Origin: an uncultured Bacilli bacterium
GTDB lineage: Bacteria; Bacillota_I; Bacilli_A; RF39; UBA660
Length of the DNA stretch: 64,000 nucleotides
Reading direction: 5' to 3'
Assembly: GCA_963929435.1 (NCBI GenBank)
Contig: CAWVIV010000019.1
Coordinates: 21,690-85,689 of the forward strand
Shown here: in pieces, positions 9,591 to 18,534 of the stretch
How positions within the stretch are numbered: the stretch's first letter is position 1
Layout of the letters: each line of letters begins with the position of its first letter
Made by a program: the position numbers and the translations under genes
The notes under the pieces: model-generated
Databases searched by the model: none
What the model saw: the letters and a program-made list of their open reading frames with translations, nothing else
What the model was told of the DNA's origin: nothing

Positions 9591-9738
9591 ACTTTTCTAT
9601 GTAAGAATTATAGCCAAGTTCTATTAGATAAGTTAGCATTTTATTGAAACTTAAATTATTCTTAATTGATAAAAGTTCTATTCTAGTTTTTAAATTATTA
9701 TCAATTCTTAATGTAGTTCTAACTAAACCTTTTACCAT
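9526..9738 (-). CDS. small ribbon-helix-helix DNA-binding protein. The start is moved to the ATG at 9736-9738, which has an AAAGGAG RBS.
   Basis: MVKGLVRTTLRIDNNLKTRIELLSIKNNLSFNKMLTYLIELGY is an RHH/CopG-like fold. The track ORF begins at a GTG inside the iteron region, so the downstream ATG with its RBS is the more likely start. Confidence 0.5.
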   Translation of the reverse strand: MVKGLVRTTLRIDNNLKTRIELLSIKNNLSFNKMLTYLIELGYNSYIEKFDKYYEMQNKKIEREEEDEQD

Positions 9739-9765
9739 TTTACAAACTCCTTTCTTTAATTTATG

Positions 9766-10013
9766 GGTAGCCACTTTCTACTTTTTTAAGGTATTTTTTT
9801 TAATAAAAATATTGCATATTTTTAATGGGCATAAGAAGAACGACACCACAAATCCTTTTATTCCTTATGGCATAAAGGGAAAATAGTGGCGTCTTACTAT
9901 TTTTGCACTTGCAAAAATGACTACTTTTAATAACAAAAGTGGCTACCCTATATAAAAAATACCTTTAATATCAACAAATATTGTGGCTACCTTTGTCTTT
10001 AAAAGTGGCTACC
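9766..10013. repeat. iteron cluster: GTGGCTACC motif ×3 direct (9939-9947, 9983-9991, 10005-10013), ×1 inverted (9766-9774) and ×1 degenerate (9885-9893). A 6-bp palindrome TTTGCActTGCAAA lies at 9902-9915. Candidate oriT or operator.
   Basis: The direct copies are spaced 44 and 22 nt apart, i.e. in helical phase. They sit in the 270-nt gap between the RHH/relaxase operon and the transfer-gene operon. Confidence 0.6.
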
Positions 10014-10045
10014 ATCATAAAATAGCCATTATAAATGTGCTTCCT

Positions 10046-10972
10046 TTAATTTTCAAGTGGTGGTCTAAAACCAGTATTAGGATTTTTAAAGTCATTAAAG
10101 TCTGATGAACTACTTAATGTAAAATCAATTAACTGCATTCCATCAACTAATTCTCTATTTTCATTTTCTACTTGATAATGTAAATGATTACCAGTTGAAT
10201 ATCCAGTAGTTCCTGCTGATGCAACTTGTGTCCAATGACTTACTGTATCTCCTGCTTTAACTTTCGCACTATTAGGATAAAGATGAGCGAATATTACATA
10301 ATAAGTTTCATCATAATCGCTATCACATTTTAAAGTAATAGTATTACCAACACTATTACCACTTTGGTCATAAGGAAGATTAGAGTCTTGAGTAAAATTT
10401 ACATTTTCAACTACTCCATCACATACTGAATAAACTGGTGTTTGAGCTGGAACTGCTAAATCCCAACCATTGTGAGTATTACTTTCGCCATAAACTGTTC
10501 TTTGTTCATTAAAAAAACTTGTTACAGTAAACTCACTTTTTAATGGAAAATTGAAATGTCCTGTACTTACTACAAGATAGTCTTTATTTTCTTCTATATT
10601 AGCATTAGTGCAAGCAGTCATATTTTTTACCCTTTGATCTTCACAAACACTTTCTATTTCTCTAGCAGTTTTTGCCTCTTTATTTTGATTCATTGTATAT
10701 AGAATATCTAGCGTCAATGTTGAATCTTCCAAATAAAAATACAATAGTCTTTGTAGTGGAACGTATCCATCTTTTAGATATGTATTAAGTGCAGTCTTAT
10801 AAGCATCTGCATATTCTTCATTGTGTTGAACTTTTTCTTTTGTAAGTTTTGTTCCAAAAAAATCAAAAATCATTAGCACACAAATTAAAATAACCATTAC
10901 AAAAGCTACAGACAAAATGGTACTACCACCAATAATTTTTAGAATAATGTTTTTCTTTTTATTCTTATTCAT
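10046..10972 (-). CDS. M23-family (LytM-like) zinc peptidase, membrane-anchored. Likely the cell-wall hydrolase of the conjugation apparatus.
   Basis: HNGWDLAVP and GNHLHYQV metal-binding motifs, plus an N-terminal TM anchor. Confidence 0.75.
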   Translation of the reverse strand: MNKNKKKNIILKIIGGSTILSVAFVMVILICVLMIFDFFGTKLTKEKVQHNEEYADAYKTALNTYLKDGYVPLQRLLYFYLEDSTLTLDILYTMNQNKEAKTAREIESVCEDQRVKNMTACTNANIEENKDYLVVSTGHFNFPLKSEFTVTSFFNEQRTVYGESNTHNGWDLAVPAQTPVYSVCDGVVENVNFTQDSNLPYDQSGNSVGNTITLKCDSDYDETYYVIFAHLYPNSAKVKAGDTVSHWTQVASAGTTGYSTGNHLHYQVENENRELVDGMQLIDFTLSSSSDFNDFKNPNTGFRPPLEN

Positions 10973-11154
10973 TATTTGTATTTACTAAAAACAGAGGAAT
11001 AATAATGTTCCCCTTTTGAAATAATTTCTATTAATATTTTCTTTGGAATTAAGTCTAATAAGAAATCCATAAAAGATTCATTTGGATCATCAAACTCATC
11101 AAAGTATATCTTCTTAAACTCTTTTCTTAACTGCCGACCACTTAATTGTTTCAT
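10972..11154 (-). CDS. small hypothetical protein
   Basis: 60-aa ORF translationally coupled (ATGA overlaps) between the VirB4 and M23 peptidase genes. Confidence 0.3.
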   Translation of the reverse strand: MKQLSGRQLRKEFKKIYFDEFDDPNESFMDFLLDLIPKKILIEIISKGEHYYSSVFSKYK

Positions 11155-13691
11155 ACTTTAACTTCTTCTCCCATCAGTTCAACTTCAAGTGGTGTAGCAA
11201 CAATTTTAACTCTTATTCTATTCTTTGAATTAATCGTAAGTAAAAACTCTCCCATCTCTGCTTGCATTAAAAACTCTTTTTGTGTGTCGGTTAATGGGTT
11301 TTGATAGAATAATTTTAAATAAGTTGTTAAGTCATCTTCTTTTAGCATTCCAACTAATTGATACTGACAATTATTAAAGATTGCTGTAGCACTCCTAACT
11401 GAATCATCATCTCCTAAAAAGTCATGAATACTTTGAGTTGCTGGAATAAATGCTCCGTGATACTTTCTAATTCTTCTTGCAATTTGTTCAAAGGTAAGCA
11501 ATACCTCACTATCAGTATTCTTTAAATATAAGTGAAACTCATCTACTACTACTGCAATATTTTTAATTCTTTTTTTATCTTTTTCTTTATCGTTTACTAT
11601 CTTATTTCTTACGATAATATTATTTAGATAAGTAAGTAAATTTACTAATTGAGTAGTTATAATTCTTTTGTTTTTACTATATAGCAAGTCCTTTACATTA
11701 AATGCAATTAAATTAGCATCAAGATTTACTGATGTATAACCATTAAATAACATTGCATCAGTTCCAACTTTAAATCTATCTAACAATATCTCTAACTTAT
11801 CAACTATTTTTAATTGTTCTGGGTTAGTAATCATATTACGATAATCTGGTAGAAATTCTATCAAGTCGGAAAATATTGGATAATCAGTATTTTCTAATTT
11901 CTCTAACCTAGATATTTTTGTATTTTTAGTTATACCAAACCTTTTATATAGTTTTTCAATCATATCTAGCATAACTACTACTTCACTTTCTTTTATTTCT
12001 TCAAAGGCACATTTAATAAATGTTTCTAGTGATCCTAGATGTTTAGCAAGAGGACAATCTTCATAATTAATTGAATTTATATCGCCATCTTCTTTTTCTT
12101 CTTTATCACTAGGAAGAAATCTTACTTGTAGTGGATTAATGATACCGCCACTAGAAGAATACATATCAATATACTCTCCTTTATTTTTCCTAACTAATTT
12201 TTCATACTCGCCCTCTGCATCAAACAAAAAGCAAGAATTACCACGATTAATTTCATTAATAATCATTTTCTTTAATGTAAAACTTTTACCACCACCAGTT
12301 GATGCAATTATGGCTAAATTACTTGATGGTCGTGTTGCATCTTTATGAAATAAATCAAATATTGTTGGTAAAGCTGTATGAATATCTGATCCTAAAATAT
12401 AACCTGTTTCATCATTAAAATGAGTAATCGTAAGTGGGAATGATGCTGATAAAGTTAAACTAGGAAGATAGTTATGATAATCTTCAAAACCATTTTTAGT
12501 TATATCGAATGCTTGCCAACCTTCCATTTGCCTCATTCTAGGAACATCTAATTTAATTTGAAATACATCAGCAATTTTTCTTAACTCTTTTAACTTTTCT
12601 TCACGTTGTTTTTTATTACCATTTATTACAATAATGAAATCAACTTCTTTGATTTTTTCATCGCCATTTTTAATTTGTGTCATTAATGCTTGAAAGTTCT
12701 CTCTTTCAGTATCCATTTGAGTAGCATCTGATAATTTTCTAGTAGTGCTTCTTTCGGAAACTAAAAATTCATAATTACTATCTAATCTTCTAACCAGTTC
12801 TTCAGTTGGTATTGTATCTTTAATATGAATACAACATCTTGTATCTGGAACATTAAATAGTTCTTCAAAAAATAACTCATCTATAAATGGTGGTAATCTT
12901 TTAATTGTTACAACTTGTATTTCTGTATCATCTGATTTTATATAACCTACTGTTTCATTAATAAAAAAAGGAGTGATTAGTTCTACTAAATCGCTCCACA
13001 TTAATTGTTCTATATTAGCATTCGATAAATATAAGTTTATCAAAAACTGATATATCTCTAGTTTATTTGTAATCATTTGAATATGTAATCTAGGTGTCAT
13101 ATTGTAACAATGCATTTCTAGTTCTTCTGATGTATGTTCTAATGCTTTATCATTATCACTAATTAATACAAAATAATATCTACTTGTAGTAGTAAGATTT
13201 TGTTCTTCTAATATTTCTAATCTATCATATCTTTCTTTTAAAAATGTTAGTTTTTCTTCATCATTAGCAAATTCTTCCATTAGTCTATTGTAGTAATCTT
13301 TATTAGCATTTAGATCTATCTTATCATCTAACTTGTATATTCTTAAATTTAATCCTTTTAATTGATAAAGAAATTTTAATTGATTAAAAAAGTTTTGCTT
13401 TTGATTATTTGATGTTAGTGATAAATCAATAGCATCAACTGAAAAAACTCTTGCAAAACTATTATCACGAAGTTTTATAATTCCATTATCATTTACTACT
13501 TCTGCATTGGTAAAACTTTGAGCATTTTTAAACTTTCTTTTTAAAACACTTTTAGTTATGTATTTTTGTTTTGAATTATCTTTCTTCTTAACAAACTTTT
13601 CTATAACTTTATGTTCTTTCTTTTTCTTTTTTTCATCTTTAGTTACTTGCTTTTTCAAAGTTATCCACCTCTCCTTTCCTTTGATATACAT
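11151..13691 (-). CDS. VirB4-family conjugative ATPase (TcpF / Tn916 Orf16-like)
   Basis: 846 aa. Walker A IIASTGGGKSF and Walker B IAVVVDEFH. Size and gene context match Gram-positive VirB4 homologues. Confidence 0.85.
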   Translation of the reverse strand: MYIKGKERWITLKKQVTKDEKKKKKEHKVIEKFVKKKDNSKQKYITKSVLKRKFKNAQSFTNAEVVNDNGIIKLRDNSFARVFSVDAIDLSLTSNNQKQNFFNQLKFLYQLKGLNLRIYKLDDKIDLNANKDYYNRLMEEFANDEEKLTFLKERYDRLEILEEQNLTTTSRYYFVLISDNDKALEHTSEELEMHCYNMTPRLHIQMITNKLEIYQFLINLYLSNANIEQLMWSDLVELITPFFINETVGYIKSDDTEIQVVTIKRLPPFIDELFFEELFNVPDTRCCIHIKDTIPTEELVRRLDSNYEFLVSERSTTRKLSDATQMDTERENFQALMTQIKNGDEKIKEVDFIIVINGNKKQREEKLKELRKIADVFQIKLDVPRMRQMEGWQAFDITKNGFEDYHNYLPSLTLSASFPLTITHFNDETGYILGSDIHTALPTIFDLFHKDATRPSSNLAIIASTGGGKSFTLKKMIINEINRGNSCFLFDAEGEYEKLVRKNKGEYIDMYSSSGGIINPLQVRFLPSDKEEKEDGDINSINYEDCPLAKHLGSLETFIKCAFEEIKESEVVVMLDMIEKLYKRFGITKNTKISRLEKLENTDYPIFSDLIEFLPDYRNMITNPEQLKIVDKLEILLDRFKVGTDAMLFNGYTSVNLDANLIAFNVKDLLYSKNKRIITTQLVNLLTYLNNIIVRNKIVNDKEKDKKRIKNIAVVVDEFHLYLKNTDSEVLLTFEQIARRIRKYHGAFIPATQSIHDFLGDDDSVRSATAIFNNCQYQLVGMLKEDDLTTYLKLFYQNPLTDTQKEFLMQAEMGEFLLTINSKNRIRVKIVATPLEVELMGEEVKV

Positions 13692-13941
13692 ATATCTTAT
13701 TTCTAAATAAATATCTAAAAATTAAACCTATTACTTTATACATTCTATTTTTCTTACTAACATTAATAGGTAATAAACAAAAAATTCCAATCATTAATCC
13801 AACAATAGAAGGTATTTTGAGTGGTGTAAAGCAAAATAAGACTATAAATAAGATTAATATTGGTAAAGCAATAATAATATCAGATACCTCGATACCTTTA
13901 AAACCTAAATTTCTTTTTATTGATTTTACTGTAATATACAT
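13639..13941 (-). CDS. TcpE / Orf17-like small conjugative membrane protein
   Basis: 100 aa, two TM helices, immediately upstream of VirB4 and overlapping it. Confidence 0.55.
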   Translation of the reverse strand: MYITVKSIKRNLGFKGIEVSDIIIALPILILFIVLFCFTPLKIPSIVGLMIGIFCLLPINVSKKNRMYKVIGLIFRYLFRNKIYVYQRKGEVDNFEKASN

Positions 13942-13954
13942 AAATTCATTCCTC

Positions 13955-15343
13955 CTATATCATGTTTTTTCTTCGGTAATAAGATGTATTATAACTCGCT
14001 CGTGGCATTACTCTTCTTACAGTATTATGCAAACTACTTGCTCCTGCATTTACAAAGGCATCACTTGCACTAAACTTATTGCCACTAGGTTTACTTCCCA
14101 TTTTTTGACCAGCCATATACATTCTTGTTCCCATAGCACTAGCAAATCTCTGCATTCTATTTGGTGTTTGTCCACTAGATGGATCAACTGCACCCATTAC
14201 TCCTAAAGCAAGTCCTGCTTGAGATAAAGCATGAGAGCCTACTGCTTTTCCACCTTTCATAGCAACACCAGTACCTAAAAGAGCTCCACCAAGTGTTGCT
14301 CCTGCTCCAATAGTTGCTCCAATTCCAGCCATTTTGCCATAACCCATTAATGACATTAATTGTTCTCTACCACTCGCTGCACTTACATTTGAGCCAATAA
14401 ATCTGTTAATCACTTGACTACCTGTCATGATGAATGTCGCACATCCAAGATATAATAATGCTTTAGTTGTAATATTCATAAACGAATTACTAAAGAATGT
14501 CGTAACACTTATTTCTTGCATTACCATTACTGTTAGACTGACTATTAGCATTACAACTGCACTTTGGAGTGCGAGCGATACTAATTGTTCAATAACTGCA
14601 CCTCGCCTTTGCTTATTACAAACACTTGTTGCAAATATTATTGGTGCTATTGAAAATAGAAATAAAAATTCTATTTGCCTTCTTCCTAACATAATTCCAG
14701 CAAAGAATAAACTATATAGGAAAAAGCCACCACTTAATACTGCCATAATCCAATTTATTTCGTATTTATAATCTTTTTCATCAGATAATATTACTCTTGA
14801 TTTAGTTACATATTTTGACAAATATAATTCATCATTATCAAATGAGCCACTACTTACTAATTCTGATATACTTTTGCTTTCATCAAACTTTTCGCTATTC
14901 TTATAACCATCTCTATAAGAAATAAACATTGTAAGCATTGAATCACTCATTTTTGAATTGCTGGTCGTTTCAAAAATATTTCCTGTATAATTAGATAAGG
15001 TAATTGAAAAGTTAGATACTTGCACAAATAAAAATGTAGATAGCATAATAAGCGTTCCACATTTTACTGCCTCCATGATAATCATTTTAAACGTTGTTTC
15101 TTCATCTGGATCTAACAATTTATTTACAAATCTCCATACTATAAATAATGCAAACAATGTTACTGCTATTGCCATAGCACCATTATAAAAATTTATGAAT
15201 GTTTGATTGCTTGATAATGAGTTAATTATATCAAACGCATTAAGTTCTTTTATAATCTGCAAAAGTCCATCAATTAAATCATAAATAAAACTTGTTAAAT
15301 ACCAACCTAGACTACGTAATAAATCAAAAACTTTTGTCATCAT
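13955..15343 (-). CDS. VirB6/TrbL-like polytopic conjugative membrane protein (TcpH / Orf15-like)
   Basis: 462 aa with at least 6 TM segments and a C-terminal Gly/Ala-rich tail (GIGATIGAGATLGGALLGTGVA). Position conserved relative to VirB4. Confidence 0.6.
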   Translation of the reverse strand: MMTKVFDLLRSLGWYLTSFIYDLIDGLLQIIKELNAFDIINSLSSNQTFINFYNGAMAIAVTLFALFIVWRFVNKLLDPDEETTFKMIIMEAVKCGTLIMLSTFLFVQVSNFSITLSNYTGNIFETTSNSKMSDSMLTMFISYRDGYKNSEKFDESKSISELVSSGSFDNDELYLSKYVTKSRVILSDEKDYKYEINWIMAVLSGGFFLYSLFFAGIMLGRRQIEFLFLFSIAPIIFATSVCNKQRRGAVIEQLVSLALQSAVVMLIVSLTVMVMQEISVTTFFSNSFMNITTKALLYLGCATFIMTGSQVINRFIGSNVSAASGREQLMSLMGYGKMAGIGATIGAGATLGGALLGTGVAMKGGKAVGSHALSQAGLALGVMGAVDPSSGQTPNRMQRFASAMGTRMYMAGQKMGSKPSGNKFSASDAFVNAGASSLHNTVRRVMPRASYNTSYYRRKNMI

Positions 15344-15355
15344 AAAGCATTACAC

Positions 15356-15646
15356 CTATGTAAATAATTTTATAATAATATTAACTAATGAGATGGCTAA
15401 AATTATTCCGAATATTCCAAGTAATGTCTGTAAAATTCTTGTTTTTACTCTAGGCTTTTGGTCGACATCTACTACTGCATACATAATGAAACTTACAACT
15501 AATGCAATACCAGCAAGGGATATTCCTACTGCTAATGCCCAGTCAGTTATTTGTTTAATTACATTTAAAACAGTATCTATTGTATAAGTTCCACCCTCTA
15601 ATTGTTGAATTGCTAACGTACTTAAAAAATTTTTCATTATATTCAC
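15356..15646 (-). CDS. small two-TM membrane protein (TcpD / PrgF / VirB2-like candidate)
   Basis: 96 aa with hydrophobic hairpins. First gene after the VirB6-like gene. Confidence 0.4.
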   Translation of the reverse strand: MNIMKNFLSTLAIQQLEGGTYTIDTVLNVIKQITDWALAVGISLAGIALVVSFIMYAVVDVDQKPRVKTRILQTLLGIFGIILAISLVNIIIKLFT

Positions 15647-15715
15647 CCTTTCCTTTATTCATATACAAAAAAATAACTGTGCAACTATTACCCAATAATT
15701 GCACAGTTTTATATT

Positions 15716-16393
15716 TTATTTTGACATATCTTTGTTGTTATTCTCTAATCTATCCGATAGTGTGTCATTCATATAAGAATTAACTAATTCTTTATTACAA
15801 ATAACATCTTCAATATCAACTCTATCATCATTACCTGCTACAAAGTGTTTACCATCAAACGAATTATCTTTATCACTAAAGTTTCTTTCAAATATTAATG
15901 GTACTGTACTCTCACAATTGGAATGATAGATTGCAAAAAAGCCTTTTTGTTTAGCTTTTAATTCGGCATCTAAATAAATATTATTATCAACGATAAAACC
16001 GATAACCTCATAATACTGATTAAACTCTTTACTATATGCTTGTCCTCTTACTAATGGACCTATCTCAGTAGGTCTTAATTCAAATTCTTTTGTATTTGAG
16101 TTTTTAATAATGTCCAAGCATCTTTTTATTTTTTCTTCCATAGTAGAATTATCTAATTCTTTCATTGACTGATAATACCATGTACTATTTTCAATTATCT
16201 CTGATTTTTCATCTAAAACCTCTTTAATAAAAATATTGCTTTTAGTCATATAACTTTGTTCTTTATCAGTCCATAAATCTAAATTAGTAAAGAATATTTG
16301 ATCATCATAGTCAAATCCTAGAAAATAATATTTTTTATCATCAACACCTATAAATGCTTGTCCTTTTTTTAATTCATCTTTCAAGTTCATCAT
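15716..16393 (-). CDS. hypothetical protein
   Basis: 225 aa, soluble, no family recognised. Overlaps the upstream gene by 20 nt. Confidence 0.4.
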   Translation of the reverse strand: MMNLKDELKKGQAFIGVDDKKYYFLGFDYDDQIFFTNLDLWTDKEQSYMTKSNIFIKEVLDEKSEIIENSTWYYQSMKELDNSTMEEKIKRCLDIIKNSNTKEFELRPTEIGPLVRGQAYSKEFNQYYEVIGFIVDNNIYLDAELKAKQKGFFAIYHSNCESTVPLIFERNFSDKDNSFDGKHFVAGNDDRVDIEDVICNKELVNSYMNDTLSDRLENNNKDMSK

Positions 16394-16880
16394 GCTCCTT
16401 TACTCTATCATCATTAAAGCAACATTGTAAACCACCATAACCACATATCATATACTCGCCATCATCTAGTGTTATATAACTATGTAGATTGTATTTATCA
16501 ATTTCCTTTTTTAGAGTATTAATATCTTCATCAATAAATTCTTCATCTTCTTTTAATTCTTCCCAATCGTTATAATCAATATGACACATATCAGCATCAC
16601 TTTCACAAACATAATCATATACGTATTTAAGTAATGGACTTGCCTCACTTACTTTTGGTAAATTAAATTCTAATCCATTGTTTTCTTTGATTAGTTCTGT
16701 TAATGAATCTATAATATCCTCTACTGAAGATGAATTATAATCACAACTAAGATCAGAGGTATTGTAATATTCTATTGCATTGACTGTATTTTTAGTTTCG
16801 GTATCTTCTACAATGTAATTGACATATAAATCATCTGCATTGTTCCAATAACTTAATATTTTATATTGATACTTACTCAT
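16374..16880 (-). CDS. hypothetical highly acidic protein (possible DNA-mimic / anti-restriction candidate)
   Basis: 168 aa, very D/E-rich, directly downstream of ssb in what looks like a leading-region-type cluster. No motif-level identification. Confidence 0.35.
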   Translation of the reverse strand: MSKYQYKILSYWNNADDLYVNYIVEDTETKNTVNAIEYYNTSDLSCDYNSSSVEDIIDSLTELIKENNGLEFNLPKVSEASPLLKYVYDYVCESDADMCHIDYNDWEELKEDEEFIDEDINTLKKEIDKYNLHSYITLDDGEYMICGYGGLQCCFNDDRVKEHDELER

Positions 16881-16882
16881 AC

Positions 16883-17290
16883 TTATCTTTCCATTTCATC
16901 TTTTGATTTATCTTTTAATTCTTGAACTTGACCATCAGAAGTATAAACTTTATTATTTTTTCTATCAGTAATTTCAAATCCTAAAATATCTATTGCTTTA
17001 TCTTTATATGTTTTTCCATCTTTTTCAACATCTTTAGTATAAGTAGATATTCTACCTTTAACAGAGATCCAGTCTCCTTTTTGGATTTCAATACCATAAG
17101 TATTTACTAATTCTCCCCTTAAAACAATAGGGACATATTGAGTATTACCATTATTATTTTGTGCTAAATCGAATCTTAACATTTTCTTACCATTTTGATT
17201 GGTATAAATGTTATTTATATTAGCAACATTCCCTTCTAATTCAAAACTATTTTTAGAGTTTCTTACTTCTCTTTCTTTTTCATTATTCAT
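16883..17290 (-). CDS. ssb: single-stranded DNA-binding protein (OB-fold SSB)
   Basis: VPIVLRGELVNTYGIEIQKGDWISVKGRISTYT is the OB-fold pattern typical of plasmid/ICE SSBs. 135 aa. Confidence 0.7.
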   Translation of the reverse strand: MNNEKEREVRNSKNSFELEGNVANINNIYTNQNGKKMLRFDLAQNNNGNTQYVPIVLRGELVNTYGIEIQKGDWISVKGRISTYTKDVEKDGKTYKDKAIDILGFEITDRKNNKVYTSDGQVQELKDKSKDEMER

Positions 17291-17306
17291 CTTTCTTTTT
17301 CCTCCT

Positions 17307-17663
17307 TCATTTTATTAAATCTTTCATATATTTTTTATATAAAGTTAAATCAGTTCCATCCATGCTTTCTATTTTGCAGTCATTATCTTCTAAAAATTGC
17401 AAAAATTCCATATTATGAACTGTATTTCTTGATAATTGTGTTATATCTTTAATTATCACTTTGGAGTATTCTCCATTTTCAATATCTTCTTTTAAGTCAT
17501 TTAATTCTTTTCTATCTAAATCTAACCTATTTTTTACTTTATCAAAGTAAAGAGTATAATCGTAATTATTCATAAGACACCAATCGGCTACTCGGTTTAG
17601 AAAAAAATCAATCGACTTTCTACTTTGGTCTTTAAAACTAGCATATACTGCAACTTTTTCCAT
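17307..17663 (-). CDS. serine-recombinase (resolvase) catalytic-domain-only protein, 118 aa, with no DNA-binding domain
   Basis: KVAVYASFKDQS aligns with the YARVSTxxQ active-site region. VIIKDITQLSRNTVHNMEFLQFLEDNDCKIESMDG aligns with the LVVxKLDRLGRN...G(V)xL resolvase core. The protein ends before any HTH. Confidence 0.5.
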   Translation of the reverse strand: MEKVAVYASFKDQSRKSIDFFLNRVADWCLMNNYDYTLYFDKVKNRLDLDRKELNDLKEDIENGEYSKVIIKDITQLSRNTVHNMEFLQFLEDNDCKIESMDGTDLTLYKKYMKDLIK

Positions 17664-17672
17664 TTGATTTTC

Positions 17673-17900
17673 CTACCTTTCCAAGTCATCTTGTACTTTT
17701 TCTGTTTCCTTGTTAAAGCTAGATAAAGCACTATCTAAATCATGTCCAAAGTAATGACCATGTAACCAACTACCTGTTTCTTTATCTAAATCAGAAACAA
17801 CAATGAATTGTTTACTTTGAATAGCATAGACTAATGTATATTGGGTATTGCTTTCTTTTAAAATAACACATCTACCCATTCCACTATTTTCAAATTCCAT
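17673..17900 (-). CDS. hypothetical small protein
   Basis: 75-aa ORF between the resolvase-like and sortase genes. Confidence 0.3.
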   Translation of the reverse strand: MEFENSGMGRCVILKESNTQYTLVYAIQSKQFIVVSDLDKETGSWLHGHYFGHDLDSALSSFNKETEKVQDDLER

Positions 17901-17901
17901 A

Positions 17902-18534
17902 TTAATAATTCTCCTTCTCTATTAATTTGCCAACAAAGACAACTTGTTTATTTGTACCACTAATACAAGTAATTAAAGTAATATCAGAGCCAGTTGTTTG
18001 CCTTAAACTTACAGTTCCAGTTTTTTCAACCTCATATCTATCAGTTATCTCATAAATATATTTAATGTTTTCATAATATAAACAAACTTTATCTTCCATT
18101 TCTAAATTATTTAATTTTCTAAAATAAGCATGATAACCACTACCAGAATGAGATGCTAAAATAACATGACTATTAGTTTGTTCATTTGGAAATATTGATT
18201 CTTTTAAGGTATATATATTTATATCAACATCATTATATTTACTGTTTTTATCAACTAAACCTCGTTTTAAACTGATTTTTGGGATTTCTAAAACTGCTAT
18301 ATAGTTTATAACACTTTCCTTTTTACTTTCTTCTTCAACTTGCTCTTCAGTTGTTTCTTGTTCTATTTGTGGTATTTCTTGAAAAAATATTTCGATACTT
18401 TTTTCTTCTTGCTTGTGATTTTCATATAAACCATAGTATTTATAGACAAGCAAAAAAATACTACCAAGAATAAGAAAAGCACTTATTATAATCAACAAGT
18501 GCTTATTTTCTATTTTTGCTTTTCTTTTTAGCAT
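17902..18534 (-). CDS. sortase-family transpeptidase
   Basis: N-terminal TM anchor, catalytic His region (ILASHSGSGYHAYF) and active-site Cys in LITLITC (the TLxTC motif). Confidence 0.75.
   Translation of the reverse strand: MLKRKAKIENKHLLIIISAFLILGSIFLLVYKYYGLYENHKQEEKSIEIFFQEIPQIEQETTEEQVEEESKKESVINYIAVLEIPKISLKRGLVDKNSKYNDVDINIYTLKESIFPNEQTNSHVILASHSGSGYHAYFRKLNNLEMEDKVCLYYENIKYIYEITDRYEVEKTGTVSLRQTTGSDITLITCISGTNKQVVFVGKLIEKENY

Noticed and set aside
9766-10013. The GTGGCTACC repeats as a CRISPR array
   Set aside because: The units are only 9-11 bp, irregularly spaced (22, 44 and 54 nt), and include an inverted copy. There are no cas genes. They are much more consistent with iterons, operators or an oriT.
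17307-17663. The resolvase-like ORF as the integrase of the element
   Set aside because: It has only 118 aa, no DNA-binding or recombinase C-terminal domains, and an atypical active-site stretch. It cannot by itself be a functional large serine recombinase.
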